29,707 bases of DNA, from positions 1 to 29,707 of the forward strand of contig JAEOTQ010000049.1 of NCBI GenBank assembly GCA_016839785.1, in the 5' to 3' direction. Below, piece by piece: positions 1 through 8,358 of this stretch. Numbering within the stretch: position 1 is the first letter of the stretch; each line of letters starts with the position of its first letter. The translations under genes and the position numbers were made by a program. The notes beneath the pieces are model-generated. The model made no database searches. It was not told where the DNA came from and was given only the letters and a program-made list of their open reading frames with translations. The stretch is from Candidatus Hodarchaeota archaeon (GTDB lineage: Archaea > Asgardarchaeota > Heimdallarchaeia > Hodarchaeales > Hodarchaeaceae).

Positions 1-374
1 CCAGGAACTCCAAGATGTCGGTGAGATGTTCCCATTGCAAGAACGATCACATTAGCACGATATCTTTCCGAAGGAGTAACAACCTCAATCTCGGAATCCC
101 CTAAATTTATATCAGTGACCTCAGCCAGCTCTTTAACTACAGCACCAAATTTTTCCGCTTGTTTTTTAAGCCTATCAGAAAATTCCATACCTGTAATTTC
201 GCTGAAACCGGGATAATTCTCAATTATAGGTGTAGTTGCTGCTAAACCACCTACTGCTCCCTTATCTAATACAAGCGTATTCCAGCCCATTCTCGAACCA
301 TATATCGCAGTGGCCATACCTGCAGGCCCTGCACCAATTATTATCATATCATATTTCAGAGAATCTGTGCCCAC
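1..374 (-). CDS. trxB: Thioredoxin reductase-like FAD/NAD(P)H disulfide oxidoreductase (5' part; runs off the window)
   Basis: Not in the ORF track; translated by hand from GTG at 374: MGTDSLKYDMIIIGAGPAGMATAIYGSRMGWNTLVLDKGAVGGLAATTPIIENYPGF...VIVLAMGTSHRHLGVPG. Has the GxGPAG FAD motif and the TrxB-typical ENYPGF and LGVPG motifs. The CxxC active site lies outside the window. Confidence 0.88.
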   Translation of the reverse strand, partial: MGTDSLKYDMIIIGAGPAGMATAIYGSRMGWNTLVLDKGAVGGLAATTPIIENYPGFSEITGMEFSDRLKKQAEKFGAVVKELAEVTDINLGDSEIEVVTPSERYRANVIVLAMGTSHRHLGVP

Positions 375-614
375 TCTTTGCTACACTCCAATCTAGTAAC
401 ATATAAATGAGAATATTTTATATGGATAAATGATTTATTATTAATCTTTTGTGATTCCAAAATATAATGATCTCAATCTGAACGCTAATAAATACAGTAA
501 CTAGAAATATAATTGCTATTTGAGAGAATGCTTTTTACACATTGCAATTGACTAAAATCAATTTAATTTCTCATTAAAAATTATGTATAGGCAAATCATT
601 TTGTTGATCTACCA

Positions 615-3224
615 ATGAAGATTACAAAAACTACTACTTCGTACATCAATTTCCTAATGGATGTAAACAATCATATAATTCATGAACGAGATTATTTAAT
701 CCTTTTTGACCAAAATAAGCAAACCAATAAACATCTATTGGCGCAAGTTAGTAGATTAACTCAAGAAAAAGAGAATGAAATGAAGGGAATCGCAAATATT
801 CTCGGTGAATTTGAAATGGATGAATTTCGCTTATTTCCATGTCGAATTCCTGTTTCAATGGATTCAGAAATATCTATTCCTCCAAGAGGATTGATTTCAA
901 AAATCATTTCCTATGATGGTGAAGAAGGTATATACTTAGGAGATATTATTACTTCTCCTAACTCAACTGATCCCTTCTTAATATCTCCTCAGTTTTTAGA
1001 ACGTCATGTTCTTTGTGTGGCGAGTACTGGAGCAGGTAAGTCTTATAGTATTGGGGTTTTGTTAGAAGAAATTCTATTAAAATTCAAAAATGCCTCAGTC
1101 CTTCTTTTTGACGTTCACAATGAATATTGGGGATTAGGATTAGAAAATCCAGGTCATGAAACAGACAGCCTTGATCGAGCGGGATACACCCCTCAGGGTT
1201 TCTCTGAACAAATTTTGGTCTTCGAAAAGGATTCGATTGGATTAGGTGCATATTTTGATTTACCAAAGTTAAGAAGATTGCTAGAAATATCTGCAGCCCA
1301 GGATAATGCTCTCATAAATATATTACAGGAGCCAGAAAATTTAGAAGACATTTTAACTAAATTACAAACCGCTGATATTCATACAGGAACCCGAGAAAAT
1401 TTAATTTCGAAAATCAACACTCTATTCAAACAATTTGTATATACTGAAGAATTAGATATTCCTTCTCTCGTAAGAGCAAATCAAGTATCGATCATTCGAT
1501 TGGATCAATATACCGATGAGAAAAAACGTAATACTCTTGTTACAGAGCTACTTACACAAATTTTTCAGAAGAAAGTCCAGGGTGAAATCTCAAATGAGCA
1601 AGAAATTCTCATTATTCTAGAAGAAGCACATAGATTTGCTCAAACTAGTGGTATACTTGCCAGAATAGCACGTGAAGGTAGAAAATTTGGAATCTATGAG
1701 ATATTAATATCTCAACGGCCAGGAGACCTACCAGATAATATCATTGCAAATATGAATACCTTAGTTGCTCTTCGTATAAAATCTGAAAAAGATATTACGA
1801 AAATAAGGTTGATGGAAGGGATAAATTCAGATACAGTTTCAGTTCTTCCTCATCTCACAAAAGGGGAAGCTCTCATTGTCGGTCTACAAGATGGAATTTC
1901 AAGTCCAATTAAAATAAAAATTCGCTCACGTCTGACCAAACATGTTGATCCTCAAAAAGATGTCATGCCAGAATCAATTCCACGGTATCCAGAGATAAAT
2001 CACTTCAAGGAACTTGAAGAATCAGTGGAAGACCTCACATTGGATACTAGTACTGATGAAAAGGATTCAATTTCGTCGCAGCTTACAATGAAACCAATTG
2101 ACCATAAGGACTTAGTAAATCTCCTCTATTGTGAACATATTATGATTACTCATAAGCTCACAGGAATTTGTTTGTATAAATATGGCACTTCAATGTTGAA
2201 AGTTGATCCACAATTAGTTTCTGGATTTTTAACAGCAATATCAAGTTTGTTCACTGAATTAAAAAGCGAGGAAATAAAAGATCGGACTATAGTCAGAGAC
2301 TTTTCCGAGGAGATTGGTGATCGAACTTTCAAAATCATAACTTTTGAAGGAAATTTCTCTGTAACCGCATTAATATTAGAACGTCCTCCAAAGTTTGGGA
2401 AACGATTGAGGAAACGAGGTAGGGAATTTGTGTATGCTTTTGAAAAGAAATTTAACAAACATCTATCAAATTTTATTGGAGAATTAGATCCTTTTCAAGA
2501 GGTTATTGAAGATCTTGATCAATATTTTGGGTTATCATTATTAGGACCCCTCACAATTAAGATAGATGATGAAAAACACGTGGTAGACGATCAGCTTCTT
2601 CAGGTGATTCAAGAACAAAGTAATCAACTAGCAAATACTGAAGGATTATTTATCAAAGAAATAGTGAATCATGGTTTCTTTAGTTCAAAATTCAAGTATA
2701 TAGAAATATTTGAGCAGCTTCTAAATCTTTTTAGAGAAAAAGTATTAGTTCCACAAGATTTTAATCGTAGATTACCTATTTTGAACGGTGAAGCTTTATC
2801 TATAGATGATGAAATTCCTATTGACGACACGCTACTTTCTCAGGCACAGGAAATTGACGAACTTTCTACAGGATCTACTCAGCATACTGGAATTATCGAT
2901 GAGTGGGTAACACAGATGGTCTCAGAGATTCATGATAACTCTTTACCAGATCAGCTTAAAGAAGATATATTAGTTCGAGATATCATATTTGAGTCAAATA
3001 TTAAACTAAAAGACAGCACTCCTAATATAAGTATTTATTCAGAAACAGAACTAGTGAAAAGTTTAGATTTACTGTCCAGGGCTGGTTTTATGATAAATAA
3101 AAAAGGTGTTAACCCTTTACGTGGCCCTAAGTATATTATTTCAACTGAAAATGCAGACTTAATCGTATCGATCTCAATGTATAAGGAAGATGCATATCTC
3201 TGTGTCATAGCTCAACTAGAATGA
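615..3224 (+). CDS. HerA/FtsK-superfamily (DUF87-type) ATPase with C-terminal longin-like domain and further C-terminal domains
   Basis: Walker A ASTGAGKS, FDVHNEY, Walker B ILEEAHRF, IAREGRKFG (Arg finger) and SQRP are all HerA-type motifs. After an acidic linker comes HIMITHKLTGICLY...DPQLVSGFLTAISS...FEKKF...FIGELDPF, typical of Asgard longin-like domains. Confidence 0.85.
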   Translation: MKITKTTTSYINFLMDVNNHIIHERDYLILFDQNKQTNKHLLAQVSRLTQEKENEMKGIANILGEFEMDEFRLFPCRIPVSMDSEISIPPRGLISKIISYDGEEGIYLGDIITSPNSTDPFLISPQFLERHVLCVASTGAGKSYSIGVLLEEILLKFKNASVLLFDVHNEYWGLGLENPGHETDSLDRAGYTPQGFSEQILVFEKDSIGLGAYFDLPKLRRLLEISAAQDNALINILQEPENLEDILTKLQTADIHTGTRENLISKINTLFKQFVYTEELDIPSLVRANQVSIIRLDQYTDEKKRNTLVTELLTQIFQKKVQGEISNEQEILIILEEAHRFAQTSGILARIAREGRKFGIYEILISQRPGDLPDNIIANMNTLVALRIKSEKDITKIRLMEGINSDTVSVLPHLTKGEALIVGLQDGISSPIKIKIRSRLTKHVDPQKDVMPESIPRYPEINHFKELEESVEDLTLDTSTDEKDSISSQLTMKPIDHKDLVNLLYCEHIMITHKLTGICLYKYGTSMLKVDPQLVSGFLTAISSLFTELKSEEIKDRTIVRDFSEEIGDRTFKIITFEGNFSVTALILERPPKFGKRLRKRGREFVYAFEKKFNKHLSNFIGELDPFQEVIEDLDQYFGLSLLGPLTIKIDDEKHVVDDQLLQVIQEQSNQLANTEGLFIKEIVNHGFFSSKFKYIEIFEQLLNLFREKVLVPQDFNRRLPILNGEALSIDDEIPIDDTLLSQAQEIDELSTGSTQHTGIIDEWVTQMVSEIHDNSLPDQLKEDILVRDIIFESNIKLKDSTPNISIYSETELVKSLDLLSRAGFMINKKGVNPLRGPKYIISTENADLIVSISMYKEDAYLCVIAQLE

Positions 3225-3285
3225 CCAATATACTAGAGACAAGTACAGAGGTTCCATTAAACGCACAAACAATATAGAAAAAGGG

Positions 3286-3340
3286 GAAAAGATCCTTGAC
3301 TATTCTTTAAACTCGGCCTTTCTAGAAAAGATCCTTGACT
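3286..3340. repeat. Exact 16-bp direct repeat GAAAAGATCCTTGACT (3286-3301 and 3325-3340)
   Basis: Read directly. The second copy encodes the last codons (VKDLF) of the 853-aa gene; the first copy lies 39 nt further downstream on the minus strand. Confidence 0.9.
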
Positions 3341-5883
3341 TTTTGTTCTTCTCCTGCAAAAGCATCCAAATCACCTAACCATTTGGGAAGCTTCTTTTTA
3401 TATCGTGTTTCAAAATCATTCAAGAATTCACCAAGCTTTTTACGGAGTTCGGTTGAGGTACTGTCTGCAAATATTGCGGCAAAGACCCATTTGGCATATT
3501 CAATTGTTAGAACGACATCTCCATGGTCAATAGTCTTGAGGAGTTGCTCACTCCGAACAGCTTCTTTTGCGAATGATGTAATAGCAGAAAATAATCCAGC
3601 AACTAGGGCTGGTTCTACTTGTGATTCATCTGCAAATGTGTGCGAAAGAACAGCCCGTCCATCCAGCATCATGACGTGAAGCGAATCGATAGTTACTTCT
3701 TCGAATGAATAGGAAAATTCACGATGCCACAAGGTTATGATCTGACTAAAAGATACTTCGGCATCGTATGTGACCTCATCGAGAATTGAGTGAATTTCAC
3801 TTATTGAAGTTTCAGTATTTTTTGCTAATTGAGAAATAGTCTGCATATGCCCTGTGATAGCATTTCGGATCATTTCACCCTTCTCAGACTTCATCCATGC
3901 TTTTGTTATTAATTCTTCCGTCTTTGCATTTTTGGAAGGTGTGGCTGCAATCATCAATATGTCCGCTTTCTTTTCTAATTCATCTACACTCAGTAGTCGT
4001 GTAACATCGGAAAAAATCGACTTATATTGAGTTTTTTCTTCGCCTTTTTGCGTTCTCACATGAAATTGTTTTCCAGCAAGGAATAAAATTCCTCCATAAA
4101 TTAAGACAATGGCTAAAGGATGAAATAGATTATATGGTATTGAGAGAATTTGTAAAAACTGACCACCTGATCCCTGCCAAATTACAGGTATCTGACGAAG
4201 CTCAGGTAGAATGAACTGATAGCCAGCGAATGTCCCGCCTTTCCACACTGCTGTTAACCAATTCAAATCGATGGTTCCCAAAACAGATGTAGCTTGCAGA
4301 AAGGGTGCGACTAAAATTTCTTTCTGATAACTAGGATACAAATCCCCCACAGAGAAACCTAGGATAGTATACCAACCCTCGTTGTACCAGCCAAATAAAA
4401 ATAGACTTACAGATAAGATTGAAAGATAGGTAACGATACTTGTTCCAATTATACTCCAATTCCATCTACGAATAAATAGGACCAATGTCGCACTTAAAAG
4501 AAAACTCGCATAATTCTGAGTCAACCAAAAGAAGGTTGCATATTGAACGGTGTTAAAATTAGTGAAAATGCTTTTAACAATTACTAAATATGTTAAGAAT
4601 CCGACAGATAAAAGAAAACCTACTAAAACGCCAGAAAGAGTACTTTTCGCTATATTAATCCTATTGAAACGGCCTACTGATATTTTAAAAGCTTTAAAGC
4701 TTTCTATAAGCTTAAGCAGTAAATATATCGAGAATGGTTCAAAAATATCTAAGAAAAGAACGAAAAATATCGATACCATGATAAAATAAGCAATAAAATA
4801 TGACACAACAAATATCTGATCGAAATATTGTACCAAAAACAATATTACAGCTAATCCTGACATAAAAGCTCCAACAGTAGATAAACTTTGAATCATTGCT
4901 ATATATAATTGATTTCCTAAGAATTTACCTTTCCTTGACAATAAACTAGCCTTTATTAGGTAGATACTAAATACGAACATGGCTATATAGGCAAAATATA
5001 TTTCTAAAAACCACCCCATTGAAGTTCCTTGAAGTAAGCTTGGATTTTCGGTCTCCCCTAATAGTTGTAAAATCGTCATCAATAAAAATAGAGTAATTGG
5101 CAATATAGCAATTAAAACTTTCAATAATTCTCTTTCATTATCCCAATTCTTCTCTTTAACCCTTTTTGTAACGGCATGAAACGGAGAAGCTTCAAGTTCA
5201 AATTCAATTTCCTGTAATCTCTGTGATGTCGATCGTGCCTCAGAAAGTTGTTTTTCCAGAGCTTTATTCTCGGCTTTGAATTCCGTAATAGCAGTATTCT
5301 TTTCATATGTATCTGATTCGGTTGTATTCTTTAATTGTTTTTGAAGCTGTGAGATCTCATTATTATTTCGTTTTATTAATTTTTTAATTGGATTTATCTC
5401 ATTCCGCTTCTCGGTCCAAGTCTGGTACAAAATTATTGCCATAGATATAATAGGTGACATTCCAAAAACGAAAGCAAGAATAACTATGGGGTAACTAAGG
5501 AAAATTACTATTGAATTGAAAAAATGTTGAAATAAATACTTTATCAGAAGTGGAATAGGAATAGAAATCGCTCCCTGGGTGATCACTGATTCGGAATCCC
5601 ATACAGTAGTCCATCCAGATGTTCCAGCTACTGGATAGTATTCTTGATCAATATATTGATTCGGATCTGGCACAAACGAGTTTAATATGCTGGGAAAAAT
5701 AAAATACGCAATATAGAATACAAGAAAACCGATATAAGCACGGTTAAAGAGTGTAGCAAAAAAATTCTCCGTCTTTCGTCGAGTATACAGGTACGGTAGA
5801 AAGAGAACGATTAAGGGAGAGAATGTTAATATCAGCGAAACTACTAAATTAATCGGGTCTGTTAGGAGATCAATATTTGTCAT
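3322..5883 (-). CDS. Polytopic membrane protein (~12 TM) with coiled-coil insert, possible HTH and C-terminal longin-like domain
   Basis: Many 20+ aa hydrophobic segments. Charged heptad-like stretch (NNNEISQLQKQLK...ENKALEKQLSEAR). HTH-like QTISQLAKNTETSISEIHSIL. C-terminal SLHVMMLDGRAVLS...EPALVAGLFSAITSFAKE...FLNDFETRY...WLGDLDAF. Confidence 0.8.
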   Translation of the reverse strand: MTNIDLLTDPINLVVSLILTFSPLIVLFLPYLYTRRKTENFFATLFNRAYIGFLVFYIAYFIFPSILNSFVPDPNQYIDQEYYPVAGTSGWTTVWDSESVITQGAISIPIPLLIKYLFQHFFNSIVIFLSYPIVILAFVFGMSPIISMAIILYQTWTEKRNEINPIKKLIKRNNNEISQLQKQLKNTTESDTYEKNTAITEFKAENKALEKQLSEARSTSQRLQEIEFELEASPFHAVTKRVKEKNWDNERELLKVLIAILPITLFLLMTILQLLGETENPSLLQGTSMGWFLEIYFAYIAMFVFSIYLIKASLLSRKGKFLGNQLYIAMIQSLSTVGAFMSGLAVILFLVQYFDQIFVVSYFIAYFIMVSIFFVLFLDIFEPFSIYLLLKLIESFKAFKISVGRFNRINIAKSTLSGVLVGFLLSVGFLTYLVIVKSIFTNFNTVQYATFFWLTQNYASFLLSATLVLFIRRWNWSIIGTSIVTYLSILSVSLFLFGWYNEGWYTILGFSVGDLYPSYQKEILVAPFLQATSVLGTIDLNWLTAVWKGGTFAGYQFILPELRQIPVIWQGSGGQFLQILSIPYNLFHPLAIVLIYGGILFLAGKQFHVRTQKGEEKTQYKSIFSDVTRLLSVDELEKKADILMIAATPSKNAKTEELITKAWMKSEKGEMIRNAITGHMQTISQLAKNTETSISEIHSILDEVTYDAEVSFSQIITLWHREFSYSFEEVTIDSLHVMMLDGRAVLSHTFADESQVEPALVAGLFSAITSFAKEAVRSEQLLKTIDHGDVVLTIEYAKWVFAAIFADSTSTELRKKLGEFLNDFETRYKKKLPKWLGDLDAFAGEEQKVKDLF

Positions 5884-6183
5884 TTCATCACTTCGAGTAA
5901 AGTTTTATGGTTAATTGTTTTTATCATATATACTTCGGTTTAAATCTTGCCATTTATAATCCCTCTTCTTATTCTCCCCGATTGAGGAGAAGAGATACAC
6001 CTTAGTTAATATGGTGTACATCAATTATTTCGATAAACCTAGAGAATTAAAGCAAGAAAATATTCAGCTAAACAAAAAAATGCTTTTCAATTGGAGTATC
6101 ACTAGTTTAAAACTAATAAAAATTCGAAACAAAGTCAATAACTTATTTCCAAGATAAAAGAAGAGTAATCAAATAACTGCTAT

Positions 6184-6214
6184 AGAAAAAAAAGAAAAGA
6201 ATGAGAGACGAGAT
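6184..6214 (-). terminator. Oligo-T tract terminator candidate for the 594-aa surface protein gene
   Basis: The minus strand directly after the stop is a pyrimidine/T-run tract (plus strand AGAAAAAAAAGAAAAGAATGAGAG), typical of archaeal U-rich termination. Confidence 0.5.
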
Positions 6215-7999
6215 TTATCGTCTCTTGCGATATGATGCGTAAAATACTGGTAGAGCAACTAATACAGAGATTAATTCAAATCCTGGTATGTTTAATCCCG
6301 TAGTATCGCTGCCTGATGGTCCATCAGTTGTTGTCTCTGGTTGAGCAGCTACAGCAGCTACCGCAGAGTAAGATGGATCATGATAGATTTCTCCACCATA
6401 CCACTCTGGAAATTCTGTGAATGTCAGATACAGGAGTTGGTTAATAACTTCAGTGTGTTGTCCTGCTCCTGGATGTACAATTTCTGGGGCAACTTTATTC
6501 GCCATAAAATATGTAAATGCCCAGGCGAGCGAAAACTCTACAATGAAATATGGTTTTGCGACATTTGCTGCAAACCATCCGCTTGGATCAAACAATGTAA
6601 CGTATACATCCCGATCAGTAGTAGCATTGATGTTGAATGGTTCAAAATCTAGCTCTCTTAGCTTGTAGTTCATCTTATTTTTGAAACTAGTCCAAAAGAA
6701 TACATTTCCATCTTTTTGGAGGTCGATAGTTGGATCTTCGGGTTCATCTAAGTGAGTAGCAAATTGAGGATTGCTAACTACTTGTGTATCGAACCAGTTT
6801 GTGGCTGTGACAACAGTCAATCCAAAGGCATCAGCCATGCTCATTCTAACTTTAGCATCGTCGTTAATAAAGAAGGCCATTTCTGACAATGTTAGTGTCA
6901 CACTAGAGGGAAATGTCCATGTACCAACTGTTTGACCTTGTAGTGCGGGAGGAACGTCTAGAGTATAACTGGGTGTTGCAGTAAAAGGAGTATCAATCCA
7001 ATCAGCGGCATGAGCAGTGATAAATGCACTGTCATCTTTTGTAACGAGTAAGTTTGTTTCACCGATATGATATCTGGTCTCTACTGTTCCCAAATTCACT
7101 TTAATTGAGGGAGTTGTTCCTAAATCAATCTCTTCCACTTTGAAAATATACTCAAATGCAAGATGATCTAAAACAGATGCTGCTACAATATCTTGTCCAT
7201 AAATAATTCCTTTAGTTTCTGGTAATTGTAGGCCCGCAGCGGATAAATAGTCTGGTCCCCGGAGTTTAACAGTAATATCTTGCCACAAGACAAACATATT
7301 AGTATAATTGATACCAAAAGTATAGCCATCTGCTGTTTGTTCAAAGCTGGCTTCGTAATCAAAAGGAGGAATTTCATAATGGGGCGCCATGGCAGTATTA
7401 AGAGCTGCTGCTACTTCTTGAATTGCAAAAGTATACCCCATGTAGAGATTATCTCCACTATCCATGAGAAGGGGATCTGAACCAGTTCCACCAGAATAGG
7501 CAACTAATGTCATGAAGTTGTTTGTAACGAATGCATCTGTATCCCAAGGAGTATTGAAATGTTGAACGAGCTGTTGGAATGGGGCTGTTGCATTTACGTG
7601 GACAAGATTTGTGTCAAGTGCCTCTGCTGCACCAGAAGGAGCTAAAGGTCCGAGTGTGTCAATAAGATCACCGACGTCATCAGGTAATAAATCACGGAAT
7701 TTTATCCAGTGCTCCATTTTCTCTAAAGCTGAGTAAGCTACTTCAATCCCAGATTTATTCATATAGCTCATAAAGAACTGTAAATCAGTTTCAGGGACTG
7801 AATCTATGCCTTCCACTCCAGTTTCAAAGTCGTAAATTACATCAGGGATAGCTGCATTTGGGTAAAGATCAATCTCGACAGCAAAATGATCCTCACTAAA
7901 ATCATGGTCTGCATAATCCGCGGCTTGAGCTGGAGAAGTAAATGTTAGAAGTATCAGTAAGAATATTACCGATATTCCCGTAATAACTTTTTTCTTCAT
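6215..7999 (-). CDS. Secreted cell-surface (glyco)protein with PGF-type C-terminal sorting/anchor signal
   Basis: Sec signal peptide MKKKVITGISVIFLLILLTFTSPAQA. Acidic, beta-rich body with sequons NKS, NAT, NYT, NAT. Thr/Ser/Gly linker ETTTDGPSGSDTTG, then IPGF + TM + RKRR. Confidence 0.85.
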   Translation of the reverse strand: MKKKVITGISVIFLLILLTFTSPAQAADYADHDFSEDHFAVEIDLYPNAAIPDVIYDFETGVEGIDSVPETDLQFFMSYMNKSGIEVAYSALEKMEHWIKFRDLLPDDVGDLIDTLGPLAPSGAAEALDTNLVHVNATAPFQQLVQHFNTPWDTDAFVTNNFMTLVAYSGGTGSDPLLMDSGDNLYMGYTFAIQEVAAALNTAMAPHYEIPPFDYEASFEQTADGYTFGINYTNMFVLWQDITVKLRGPDYLSAAGLQLPETKGIIYGQDIVAASVLDHLAFEYIFKVEEIDLGTTPSIKVNLGTVETRYHIGETNLLVTKDDSAFITAHAADWIDTPFTATPSYTLDVPPALQGQTVGTWTFPSSVTLTLSEMAFFINDDAKVRMSMADAFGLTVVTATNWFDTQVVSNPQFATHLDEPEDPTIDLQKDGNVFFWTSFKNKMNYKLRELDFEPFNINATTDRDVYVTLFDPSGWFAANVAKPYFIVEFSLAWAFTYFMANKVAPEIVHPGAGQHTEVINQLLYLTFTEFPEWYGGEIYHDPSYSAVAAVAAQPETTTDGPSGSDTTGLNIPGFELISVLVALPVFYASYRKRR

Positions 8000-8358
8000 T
8001 GTAAAAACACCTTTATTGGAATTCTCGATACTTCAACTCTTTTTACAAGATGACTCTGATCGAGTTCCAAGTCTATGTATATTTCAATGTCTCTATCTTA
8101 TAACATCATATGTTATGAATATCCGCAAAATCATATAGAGAAACTATTCGTAGGTCAGAATCACATTCAGCCTACCAAGATTTTTCCATTGCTGATTAAT
8201 TTCTATGTTAGCTGCCATCTCACTTCTGTGTTCAGACAACAATTTACTTTATCGCAAAAATTTTTGACATATAACGGCGATGATTACTACTCTTAACATT
8301 TTTTTGATCCACCCTGATTTTAAGCCTAATTTTCCAAAATTAGAGGAATAAAAGGGGC

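Noticed and set aside
615-3224. HerA gene as part of an antiphage defence system (Sir2-HerA, Nezha-like) or a mobile element
   Set aside because: No adjacent nuclease, sirtuin, integrase or transposase gene; the flanks are housekeeping or envelope genes.
8075-8296. 73-aa plus-strand ORF in the gap between the two surface protein genes
   Set aside because: No SD or motif, and it overlaps the probable promoter of the 594-aa gene; likely spurious, though not excluded.
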